The notes under the pieces were generated by a model. That model was not told the origin of the DNA. It ran no database searches and was given only the letters and a program-made list of their open reading frames with translations. From Bdellovibrionales bacterium (GTDB lineage Bacteria > Bdellovibrionota > Bdellovibrionia > Bdellovibrionales > JAMPXM01): a stretch of DNA of 43,536 nucleotides. The DNA is taken from contig JAYUEN010000224.1 of assembly GCA_043739185.1 (NCBI GenBank), forward strand, positions 1 to 43,536. Reading direction: 5' to 3'. The position numbers and the translations under genes are program-made. Of this stretch, positions 9,210-17,889 are shown in pieces (positions within the stretch are counted from its first letter, which is position 1; the number at the start of each line of letters is the position of its first letter).

Positions 9210-10577
9210 CTAAATTATCGTGTCGGTGGGTGGACTTGAGGGCTCAAGTGTAGCACTCAAAGCTTGCCAAATTTTTCTAAAAGGTCCTGCGTTATACGAG
9301 GATTCCATTTTTTTAAGAAAATCTTTGAGATTGAATTTTTCTGCTTCTTGCTCGATTGCATCAATCATATCGTGACCTATGATCATAACGGCTGCAAGCG
9401 GCGCAATTTGACTGGCCCGAATTCCCCTCGGGAAGCCATTGCCATCGGGTCGCTCATGATGCTGCAAAATAATCACATCGACATCACTCGGAATCTCGCT
9501 CATTTCCTTAAGCAATTCCGAACAACGAGCAGGATGATTCTTTACCGCCGTATAACTCTCTGTGCTCAACCTGGTTTTGTAGGACTCAAGCTCTTTCTTA
9601 GTAGAAATTTTTGCTAATTCTACGTTTTGCAAAACCAAATCATGAAACAGCGCTGCCATCGACAACTTTTGAAAAGTTGATTGTGACGGCCAACTCATAT
9701 ATCCAGCTATTGAACAAGCCACATGGGCAAGAAGCACGCTATGAGAAGAAAGATAATTCTTCACCTTGAGTTTTGATAAATCAAGTACCTTTGCAATTTT
9801 AGCACTTTCACCAATTGCTTTTAAGGTCATATCCACATTTAATTTGGCAATTTCTTGAACTTCTTTAGTAAAGCCAATGCGATTAATAAGTTCCGTCACC
9901 ATTTCTTGCGACTCAGAAATTGTACTCCACGATGATGCGCTTTCAGGGGTAATCGCTTCAGACATTTGTTTTAGATCTACTAAAAACTTATTTACAAACT
10001 CTTTTGACTCGGCATTCTTCAAATAAAAGTATTCGACCTTTCGACTGAATAAGTACTTTTCGCAATCTTCTTTGGTGAATTGCGCGCCTTTTCCAAAGAG
10101 TTTTATATATTTCACATTTGATAATCGAATATAGACATCCGACTTTAAAGGCACCACCCGGGGCAAAAGCTGCGTACTGATTCGACAATATTCTTCGCTT
10201 GCCCCTGAGTTTGATGAGGCAGACAAGACGTGAGAAAAATTTTCTTTTATCAAAGAAAGTAATTTGGTGGGCACCTCTTTCATTGAAAGTTGTCCCAGTA
10301 AAATTAAGTCAGGAAAGCTAACAGTTCCGATCGTAGTATCTTCTGAAATGAGAATAATCGGCACCCGTGCAGAGGTCGAAAGCAAAAACCGAAAGAGCTT
10401 ATCCGTGCCTGGTAGCGGAGCCGCAATCAACAAATCAATAGCCCCTTCTTCTAAAAAAACATCAATGACCTCTTGATAGGTTTGAGCCTGAGTAATGTTT
10501 TGTCCAATTTGACTTTCAAGACAAAAACTTAAGATCTCTCTTTGATCGGGCTGGGGATGAAACAACAAAATATTCAT
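9210..10577 (-). CDS. Degenerate receiver domain + HD-GYP-family phosphohydrolase
   Basis: SHS, ALFHD, NHP and HHERPDGNGFPRG motifs; the REC-like N-terminus lacks the canonical acidic residues; ATG 10577 preferred over TTG 10583. Confidence 0.85.
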   Translation of the reverse strand: MNILLFHPQPDQREILSFCLESQIGQNITQAQTYQEVIDVFLEEGAIDLLIAAPLPGTDKLFRFLLSTSARVPIILISEDTTIGTVSFPDLILLGQLSMKEVPTKLLSLIKENFSHVLSASSNSGASEEYCRISTQLLPRVVPLKSDVYIRLSNVKYIKLFGKGAQFTKEDCEKYLFSRKVEYFYLKNAESKEFVNKFLVDLKQMSEAITPESASSWSTISESQEMVTELINRIGFTKEVQEIAKLNVDMTLKAIGESAKIAKVLDLSKLKVKNYLSSHSVLLAHVACSIAGYMSWPSQSTFQKLSMAALFHDLVLQNVELAKISTKKELESYKTRLSTESYTAVKNHPARCSELLKEMSEIPSDVDVIILQHHERPDGNGFPRGIRASQIAPLAAVMIIGHDMIDAIEQEAEKFNLKDFLKKMESSYNAGPFRKIWQALSATLEPSSPPTDTII

Positions 10578-10732
10578 AATCAAAATATCGGATTATTTAA
10601 AGATAAAGTGAAATTTCATAGTGAAAACCACTTCATAATCAAAATCGCCCTCACTCGACTCGACCTAATGCTGCGACAGGAAAGTGCAGGCGGCTTTACT
10701 TGGTCTTTTGAATATGATTTGGGTTTGCCGGT

Positions 10733-11464
10733 CTAGGCTTTAGCTATCACTTCAATAAGCCTAAGGCACTCGCGAACCAAAGACTGAACAGCCAGCGAAA
10801 AATTCTTTTCAAATTCTTCTGGCGAGTTGGGATTGAGATCAATCAAATTGGTAACTGACTTAATTGCAAAAAAAGGAGTCTTTGTAGTCGATGCAAGCCA
10901 CGCGATACCGCCGGCCTCCATTTCTTTTAAAATGGCGCCACTCTCAGAAATACGCTGTAAATCAATTTCCGTAAAATCAAGAGAGTTTCCTGAGCTTATA
11001 TTTGCTTGATCAAGCCCAAGTTCTTTGGCAAAAAAAGTCGTATCAAAACTTGGATATCCCCCTCGGCCAAATTGCTCCCATCCAGAAATTGGAATGCGAT
11101 GATCATGGTAGTAAAAATGAGATTTACTCAAATAAACCTTCCCAATTTCAGCACCCTCATTTGCAAAGCTACCTGCGGTTCCTGCGCTAATCAATAGGTC
11201 GGGACTAAATTCGAGAATACTGGCAAAGGCTGCCACCGCTGCCGGCTCTGTGCCAATTTGATCAACTCCAAAACGCGAATCCAGACCCGGAATGGCAATG
11301 AATATTTCTAACTTTTCACCTACCGATCCCTTGAAGAAATTCATTGGCAGCTTTTCGTAAAATGGCCTTGGAATAATCGGCTCAAGATTCAATGCGTGGA
11401 TAAGCTGATCCGCTTCAGCTTTCATGGCCATTATAAAAACGATTCTTCTTTTCTCTTTCTTCAT
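10733..11464 (-). CDS. mtnN: 5'-methylthioadenosine/S-adenosylhomocysteine nucleosidase family protein (plant-like subtype)
   Basis: IMAMKAEA, ISAGTAG, SSGNSLD, KEMEAGG, IKSVTNLID motifs. Confidence 0.85.
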   Translation of the reverse strand: MKKEKRRIVFIMAMKAEADQLIHALNLEPIIPRPFYEKLPMNFFKGSVGEKLEIFIAIPGLDSRFGVDQIGTEPAAVAAFASILEFSPDLLISAGTAGSFANEGAEIGKVYLSKSHFYYHDHRIPISGWEQFGRGGYPSFDTTFFAKELGLDQANISSGNSLDFTEIDLQRISESGAILKEMEAGGIAWLASTTKTPFFAIKSVTNLIDLNPNSPEEFEKNFSLAVQSLVRECLRLIEVIAKA

Positions 11465-11724
11465 TGACCCACATATTTCTTTTGCTAATATTTCATTTAC
11501 CCATGCTCAACCAAGGTATGATGAAAAAGAGAATGCCACCTGATTCGTTTTTTGAAGTTCAGCCAGGAAATTACTACGAGGTACAAGTTGACCTCGCAAA
11601 ATTTTTTAATACTCCAAAAGACGCGAAAATATTAAAGATTCAATTCGAAAACACAAATCATTTCTCGCCCGAAAATGTGGCTCTGATTTCAAATATTCTC
11701 AGTGTAACTCTCGCACATTAAATA

Positions 11725-12021
11725 TTATTTTGTTTCTTCATTTGAATCTGTCTTGCCGGCAGCGACTTCCCACTTTTCGTGTTGAGCAAAACAATTGCTC
11801 TTTTTAAAAGTCTCTGCATTTGCGCCGTATTCTTCTTTCTCTACCCAATCCGCATATTCTTTCGCGGTTTTCTTCCCCTTTACAGCCTCAGGAAAATCTT
11901 TTTTACAAGCACTCATCATTGCCGTCTCGGCTTTCTTTGCATCTTTCGCAGCCAAGGCTAAACTTCCGACAGATAAAGCTCCCGCCAGCAAAGCAATCAC
12001 TAACATTTTTTGATTTTTCAT
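11725..12021 (-). CDS. Small secreted protein with two Cys
   Basis: RBS AAGGAGA before ATG 12021; signal peptide MKNQKMLVIALLAGALSVGSLALA. The track start at 12141 overlaps chrF. Confidence 0.8.
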   Translation of the reverse strand: MKNQKMLVIALLAGALSVGSLALAAKDAKKAETAMMSACKKDFPEAVKGKKTAKEYADWVEKEEYGANAETFKKSNCFAQHEKWEVAAGKTDSNEETK

Positions 12022-12064
12022 AATTTCTCCTTTTGTTGTTAATAGTACTTTTTCAAAACCAATT

Positions 12065-12526
12065 TCATAACTTAATTTGATCGGGCTGCCAGCCATGCTT
12101 CTCAGAAACCAAATTCTCGCACCAACTATAAAGCGCTTCATAGATGTGCATTCCCACTTTCAACATTTCATGATCGTCAGAAAAATTAAAAGATAAGCCC
12201 AGACTAATCGCAAGTAGGCCTGCGGCTTCTTTCGAATTTTGTAAATTGTCAGTGTCTGCTGCGCGCACAATTTCGGCCATTTTCGTAAGGGCTTTACTCT
12301 TTAAATTATATTTTTTAATAAAGCTATCAAAGCTGCAAAGCTCATTTTCGTGCGTTAATTCTGCGCCAGGAATATCATAAGGAATGGCTCCAGTTTCTGC
12401 AGCTACTTTAAATACCTCAATGGATGGCACATACAAAAATTCAGCCCTCTCATCGATGAATTTCTGAATGAGCCAGGGACAGGCTATACGATCTATTTTT
12501 GGCCGTTCACGAGTGATCCATTTCAT
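12065..12526 (-). CDS. chrF: Chromate resistance protein (ChrB C-terminal domain only, ChrF-like)
   Basis: MKWITRERPKIDRIACPWLI, CSFD and EIVRAADT signatures; overlaps the chrA stop. Confidence 0.85.
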   Translation of the reverse strand: MKWITRERPKIDRIACPWLIQKFIDERAEFLYVPSIEVFKVAAETGAIPYDIPGAELTHENELCSFDSFIKKYNLKSKALTKMAEIVRAADTDNLQNSKEAAGLLAISLGLSFNFSDDHEMLKVGMHIYEALYSWCENLVSEKHGWQPDQIKL

Positions 12527-13692
12527 AAGCTACTCCAGTTATATTTGAGCACGAGCCCAATCAAACCAGCGAAAAAAATAAGAACTGGTTCTGGTATTTT
12601 TTTTACTTTGAATAAAATTATAAAAGCTAAGCCACAAAGTACTAGTGTCACTTTGTCCGTCAAGGCGCGCTTACCCAAAATGATCGTTGCGCCACCAATA
12701 GCCCCTATTGCAGCTGCGGTAACACCATCTACAAAAGCACGAATTGAAAGATTCTTTGCAAATTTATTGAAATACGGAGCCGGAATAATTACAAAAAGAT
12801 AGCATGGCAAAAAGACACCGAGTGCCCCTGCAAGCCCACCCAAGGGACCACTTACCAAATAGCCAATAAAGGCAACAGTAATGACCACAGGTCCTGGGGT
12901 GATCATTGCCACAGCAACTGCATCTAGAAATTGGTGTTCGGTTAGCCATTGATGCTCAAGTACAACACCACTATGCAAGAAAGGAACAATTGCCAAACCA
13001 CTTCCGAAAACAAAGGATCCGGCTTTTGCAAAAAAGAGAAAAATCTCAATCAATTTTGAATTTGAGTCTTCAGTGAAAAACTTTAGCGCAAGCCAAGAAG
13101 GCACAATGCTTGTGAGCACCAAGCCCGGAGAACGCCTTGCGAGAACAACCAAGACTCCCGACAGTAAAAATAAAAATACATTTTCTGACTCTGTCCACAC
13201 GGTTAAACCCGCGCTTAGCATTGCGAGCGTCCAAAGAATTTTATCTTTTCTTAATGATTTGTTGGCAAGCTTATAAGAACTCAAAGCCATAATTGCAATT
13301 ACCGCCGAACCAATGCCATAAAAGGCACCTTGAATCCACGGCAGGCCACCGAATGAAACATAAAGCGAGGCCAAGCCGAGCACCATTAGAAATGACGGCA
13401 ATACGAATGCAATTCCAATAAGAGTTGCACCCAAATTCTTAAATCGAACCCATCCTAAATAAATCGCAAGCTGAGTTGCCATCGGCCCTGGTGCCAGCTG
13501 ACTCAATGCCATTCCTTCAGAAAATTCTTCAGGGCTTATCCATTTTTTTTCATCAACAAGATCTCGCCTCATGCTTTCACATAAAACAACGGGACCGCCA
13601 AATACGACACTCCCTACTTTTAAAAAATACAAAATCAAATTTTGAAGTGTGGGCACTTCGTTAATGTTTGAGTCAGATGAGCCTTCATTCAT
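12523..13692 (-). CDS. chrA: Chromate efflux transporter (long-chain CHR)
   Basis: FGGP...QLAPGP and FGSG...MITPGP motifs in two homologous halves. Confidence 0.95.
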   Translation of the reverse strand: MNEGSSDSNINEVPTLQNLILYFLKVGSVVFGGPVVLCESMRRDLVDEKKWISPEEFSEGMALSQLAPGPMATQLAIYLGWVRFKNLGATLIGIAFVLPSFLMVLGLASLYVSFGGLPWIQGAFYGIGSAVIAIMALSSYKLANKSLRKDKILWTLAMLSAGLTVWTESENVFLFLLSGVLVVLARRSPGLVLTSIVPSWLALKFFTEDSNSKLIEIFLFFAKAGSFVFGSGLAIVPFLHSGVVLEHQWLTEHQFLDAVAVAMITPGPVVITVAFIGYLVSGPLGGLAGALGVFLPCYLFVIIPAPYFNKFAKNLSIRAFVDGVTAAAIGAIGGATIILGKRALTDKVTLVLCGLAFIILFKVKKIPEPVLIFFAGLIGLVLKYNWSSL

Positions 13693-13694
13693 AA

Positions 13695-14588
13695 TTATTG
13701 TTTTTGCACATCAAGCGCTGCCCTGATTCCTTTTGACAAATCACCTAAACTTCCTATCCCCCAAAAGTGAAGAAAAACCATTCGTGGAGACTCTTCTGTC
13801 ATATGATTGTGAATAGCCACAATATTGAGGTGATGAGAGCGAAGACTTCGCAGTACCGCTTGCAGCTCATTCTCCTTCATTGCAAAATCACCATCTACCA
13901 AGGCTTCATCGTCTGAGCCCGCAAAGGCAGCCCAAGTATTTACTCCCATTGCAGCGCCCATTACTTTGCCATGCATCTTGGTTTCGCGGCCAATTACGAC
14001 TTTATAGACCCCATCCTTCATTTCTCCTTTTTCAGGCAAATTTTTCTGAATAATTTCTGGATGAAGCGTAGTCTTTGATGGGTCGATCGTCGAAGTCTGA
14101 AAACTCACTTTATTGGCAATTGTATCTTTTAGCTTCTCATATACTTTCCCTACTGCTCGAGCGAGCTTTTCTTCACTCCCCATCCCACTGATATGCATAA
14201 ACATAACTTTTGGAGCATCGTAAAAAAAATGATTATGTAACGCTGTTACCTCAAGACCATTATCAAGTGCTACTGACATAACAGGATTGACTTGGTCCTC
14301 AGTCAAAACCGTATCTCCCATCATCATCACCTGCCCATTTGATTCAGTAAATGCGGCCCACGAAGTGAGCCCTAAAGCTGGAGTTAAAATTGCGCCGCTA
14401 GCAACCGACTTGATATCTCCCCTTGGAAAACTAACTTTAAAGACAGCCTCCTTTTCGTTATAGTTTCCCTTTAATCCGGTCAGAGCCTCTATTTTTTCAG
14501 GATTGAGCTTTTGTTTTGCTGACGCAGACGCGATATTCATGTCGATTTGACATATACTGACCGCTACTAAGATTAATTTAAAACGCAT
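13695..14588 (-). CDS. DUF1259 (LppY/LpqO-like) exported protein, two domains
   Basis: Tandem WAAF...GD...A(L/I)HNH...P..(M/V)F(M/L)H repeats; signal peptide; RBS AGGAG. Confidence 0.88.
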   Translation of the reverse strand: MRFKLILVAVSICQIDMNIASASAKQKLNPEKIEALTGLKGNYNEKEAVFKVSFPRGDIKSVASGAILTPALGLTSWAAFTESNGQVMMMGDTVLTEDQVNPVMSVALDNGLEVTALHNHFFYDAPKVMFMHISGMGSEEKLARAVGKVYEKLKDTIANKVSFQTSTIDPSKTTLHPEIIQKNLPEKGEMKDGVYKVVIGRETKMHGKVMGAAMGVNTWAAFAGSDDEALVDGDFAMKENELQAVLRSLRSHHLNIVAIHNHMTEESPRMVFLHFWGIGSLGDLSKGIRAALDVQKQ

Positions 14589-14741
14589 ATAGGCTCCTCA
14601 GAGAATTATTCTTGATAAAAGGATTTCTTCAACAGAACTTTTTTAGCATTTTTCAAAGCTTCATTCAATTCATTGACAGCTTCAAATAATTAAATAGGAT
14701 CGAAAATGGGTAAAAAACCAATATTAAGAAAAGGAAATAAA

Positions 14742-15323
14742 ATGAACTCTCTCAGTGCCAAAGCTTTGCTTACGATTCTACTTTTAATTTCTTCTAATCT
14801 GTTTGCACTTAACTCAACAAATACAATTTCAAAAGAAAGAGCCGACCAAATTGCGGCTGATTATTTGAAAATGAGCTATAACCACCCGGCAAAAAACTTT
14901 GAATTGAAGACCGAATTAAACCCAATTTGCCCACCATATCCAGATCAAACTTCGTGCCTGAAAGTTATTTGCGATAAAACTGGTGACTGTGCATTCGATT
15001 CATCAGTTCGGGAAATTGCCCAAGCCTGCCGTGGAGTCAGTGGAGATTGTCTTGAAGTATTGTGCGCGAAAACCAATGATTGTGTTTTTAAAAGTTCTGC
15101 CATTGCACTTGCCGAAAGCTGTAGGGCTTCAAACGGCATGTGCACGCGAATTGGCTGTGAGAAAACCGGCGACTGCGTTTTTAGTTCAAATGCAAAAGAA
15201 ATTGCTCAAGCCTGCTCAGGAGTCTATGACGGAAATTGTGTTAGCTATGCCTGCGATCGCACCGGTAGCTGCAGTCAAAGATCAAGCTTCATTGCTTTGG
15301 CGAGAAGCTGCGCAGGCTACTAA
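14742..15323 (+). CDS. Secreted Cys-rich protein with four ~31-aa repeats
   Basis: Repeats C.KTGDC.F.S....IA.AC; signal peptide; ATG 14742 after AAGGAA (track start 14706). Confidence 0.85.
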   Translation: MNSLSAKALLTILLLISSNLFALNSTNTISKERADQIAADYLKMSYNHPAKNFELKTELNPICPPYPDQTSCLKVICDKTGDCAFDSSVREIAQACRGVSGDCLEVLCAKTNDCVFKSSAIALAESCRASNGMCTRIGCEKTGDCVFSSNAKEIAQACSGVYDGNCVSYACDRTGSCSQRSSFIALARSCAGY

Positions 15324-15433
15324 AAGCTAATGCAGAGCGCAAAGCCAATTAGAACAATCCTCTGCGCTTTTTGTTTGCTCTCAATCACCTGGCTAAGTAG
15401 ATTGGTTTCAGATTTATTTTTGAGGGGGAATCA

Positions 15434-15952
15434 ATGAATAATCTTTCTATTCTACTTTGCTTTTTATTTACCTACATTTTTTCAAGCATAGGATTCTCAA
15501 CCTCTTTAGATACGCCAAATCTTCACAATGTTGAAACCGGTTTATATCGCTCAGGCCATCCGACTCAACAAGGCCTCAGGGATTTGAAAAATAATCTTAA
15601 AATCAAAACCATAGTTGATCTTGAAGAAAACACAGATGCGATTTATCAAGAAAAACTTGATGCCAATAATCTCGGCATTAACTTTATTTCACTGCCGATG
15701 TCTGCGTTCTATAAGCCGAGCGACTCTGAAGTGAATCAAATTGAAACTTTGATTCGCAATCCAAACTTAAGACCACTCTTGGTTCACTGTCGCCTGGGAA
15801 TGGACAGAACTGGCCTTATCGTTGGTTTGCACCGCGTTTCAGATGATACTTGGTCGTCTACAAGAGCCTATAATGAGATGTTGCAGTTTGGATTTCATCC
15901 GGAATTTTTTGAGCTCTACAAATACTTTAAAATAAAAACTAATTTACCATAA
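15434..15952 (+). CDS. Exported dual-specificity/tyrosine phosphatase (Siw14-like)
   Basis: LYRSG, KTIVDL and CX5R motif VHCRLGMDRTG; signal peptide. Confidence 0.9.
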   Translation: MNNLSILLCFLFTYIFSSIGFSTSLDTPNLHNVETGLYRSGHPTQQGLRDLKNNLKIKTIVDLEENTDAIYQEKLDANNLGINFISLPMSAFYKPSDSEVNQIETLIRNPNLRPLLVHCRLGMDRTGLIVGLHRVSDDTWSSTRAYNEMLQFGFHPEFFELYKYFKIKTNLP

Positions 15953-16129
15953 TTTGAAACACTTTTATGACGAGCCCTTAGCGTCTCATTTTGGCGCAAT
16001 TTGTTTTATAATTGAAAATAAGATTCCTCGTATTTGAAAATTCGATTTCAGAAAAGCGAGTTCACAACAAAAACCAGGATCAAAGACCAATCTGGCTCGA
16101 AATTATCGAGTTGTTTGGCCTATTTATAT

Positions 16130-16156
16130 TTAAGAAATTATTTATAAAGCCGAAAA
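16130..16156 (+). promoter_or_regulatory. Putative sigma28 (FliA) promoter
   Basis: TTAA-N15-GCCGAAAA versus consensus TAAA-N15-GCCGATAA. Confidence 0.45.
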
Positions 16157-16160
16157 GTTC

Positions 16161-17162
16161 ATGAGACCAAATGTAGCTGCGTTGGAGACCACTCTAAATA
16201 TGCTATTCGATAACTTACTTAAGAACGCTTTCAACAAATCTTACCAGAGCTATTTTGCACATTGCCTGGCTTGCTTCTGCGCCCTTTTCATCTCAATAAT
16301 TGGCTCCTATTCGCTTGCTCAGAGTCAGGTTGAAATTGAAAACGAACTGAGCGTCGGAGATTCAGACGCCGCTTTAGCCGAAGAAAAGCAAATTCAAGCG
16401 CGCCTGCAAGAGGATCAAAAGAAGGAAGATGAAAGCAAAAATGCAGCTGCCACTCACTATGAAAACACCAAGAAAAAAACCGCCCAGATAAGAGCTCATA
16501 TTGAAGAAATGAAAGTCCTGGCCAATAAATCCGAAAAAAAACGCAATGAATATTTGACCCAAATCAAAATTGAACAGAAACAACTAAGCAGGCTTGAAAA
16601 ATCAGAGACCGATCAACAAACCCAATTGACCGAATCTAAAAAGAGACTCGAGGTCACTCAAACCAAGCGCGATCAAATTCGTGCCCAAATCACTCAGACC
16701 AAAGAAGCGATTCAAAAAACAAAAGATGATATTTTAGCCTTCAAGGGCCATGAACATCTTGCAAAGTCAGAAGTTAAAACTGCGACTGCCAACCTTGCCA
16801 AGTCAAAAAAGTCTTTAACCGAATCTAAAAAATGGCGCGACCAAGAAGTGAAACGCATGTCTGCCTTGATAAAACAATTGGCAAAGGATCAAGCTGTAAT
16901 TGAAGGAAAGATAAGAGTGACTTCAAGCCAAATCAAGAAGCTCCAAGATGAAGTTAATGCTTCTAAGAAGAAAAATATCTTAGCCAGCGAAAATCACGAG
17001 CGCGCGGCAGCTCTTAAAAATGAAAATGATCTTGAACTAGCTCGCCTTCAAAAACTAAAGCGTGCTCCAGCTGGAGTTAAACCGAGCCCAGCAAATGCGC
17101 ATATGCAACCTACCGCAAAAAAACCAGCGACAGTTCCGCCAAAGACCTCAACGTCGAATTAG
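16161..17162 (+). CDS. Exported long coiled-coil protein
   Basis: Hydrophobic signal ending SLA, K/E/Q-rich heptads, Pro-rich tail; the true start is probably downstream. Confidence 0.8.
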   Translation: MRPNVAALETTLNMLFDNLLKNAFNKSYQSYFAHCLACFCALFISIIGSYSLAQSQVEIENELSVGDSDAALAEEKQIQARLQEDQKKEDESKNAAATHYENTKKKTAQIRAHIEEMKVLANKSEKKRNEYLTQIKIEQKQLSRLEKSETDQQTQLTESKKRLEVTQTKRDQIRAQITQTKEAIQKTKDDILAFKGHEHLAKSEVKTATANLAKSKKSLTESKKWRDQEVKRMSALIKQLAKDQAVIEGKIRVTSSQIKKLQDEVNASKKKNILASENHERAAALKNENDLELARLQKLKRAPAGVKPSPANAHMQPTAKKPATVPPKTSTSN

Positions 17163-17257
17163 AGCCTAAAGCGAAAATAATTCTATTTTATAGCTAAAAA
17201 GTCGATTGCATCCCTGCCATATCAGAGTTGAAATAAAGTCTCAATTTGGAGGACTTT

Positions 17258-17593
17258 ATGAAATTTTTGATTTGCATATTAACACTTACAATCTGTAACC
17301 AAATAGCTTTGGCTGCGCCACTTTCATGCGAAATTAAAATAAATGGCGCGAGTGAATTGAATAAGACTGTCGAAACAAGCCTAAATCAAAAAATGATAAT
17401 CGGAGAAACTGATAGCTTTCGTTCTTTTGTCACCGAAAAAGAAAATAACTTTTTCAGTCTCGAAGTTTTTTTAGGCCCCTATGAAGCTAGAATTTATAGC
17501 GAAGCATATTTAAAAGAACCAGGTGATAAGTTGAATTTAAACTTCTGGGGTCGGGATATGTTATTAGAGATTCAATGCCAAAACCACGAGTAA
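17258..17593 (+). CDS. Small secreted hypothetical protein
   Basis: RBS GGAGG before ATG 17258, signal ending ALA, Cys near both ends of the mature part. Confidence 0.8.
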   Translation: MKFLICILTLTICNQIALAAPLSCEIKINGASELNKTVETSLNQKMIIGETDSFRSFVTEKENNFFSLEVFLGPYEARIYSEAYLKEPGDKLNLNFWGRDMLLEIQCQNHE

Positions 17594-17649
17594 AATGAGG
17601 TATTTTTCTGACTTCACTTAATGAAATACTTATGCTGTTTCGGTCCATC

Positions 17650-17714
17650 TTCAACTCCGATTTTAAATCAGTTTTAACGGCAGCAGCGGCAGTTAAGCGT
17701 CTGGCAGTTTCGGT
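17650..17714. repeat. Dispersed intergenic repeat, copy 1
   Basis: Aligns with 42596-42662 (core 28/36 identical); contains the imperfect palindrome TTAACGGCAGC-A-GCGGCAGTTAA. Confidence 0.6.
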
Positions 17715-17889
17715 GGTCGGTCTGGTGTGTGCGCTGTCTTAAGAGCGACTTCTTCATTCACACGAGCCTAAAATTTTAGATTTTCGATATTTAGGGAGTA
17801 ATTTTCAGACGAGAAATTACAATACTTGAGCTTCATCTTGCTTTTAGGGCTCAGAGGGAGGAAACCAGCTTACTATCCAAAGGACTACT

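Noticed and set aside
12022..12141. N-terminal extension of ORF 11725..12141
   Set aside because: Overlaps chrF; the RBS and signal peptide begin at 12021.
17674..17757. 27-aa minus-strand peptide MKKSLLRQ...NCRCCR
   Set aside because: No RBS, and the frame is not preserved in the second repeat copy.
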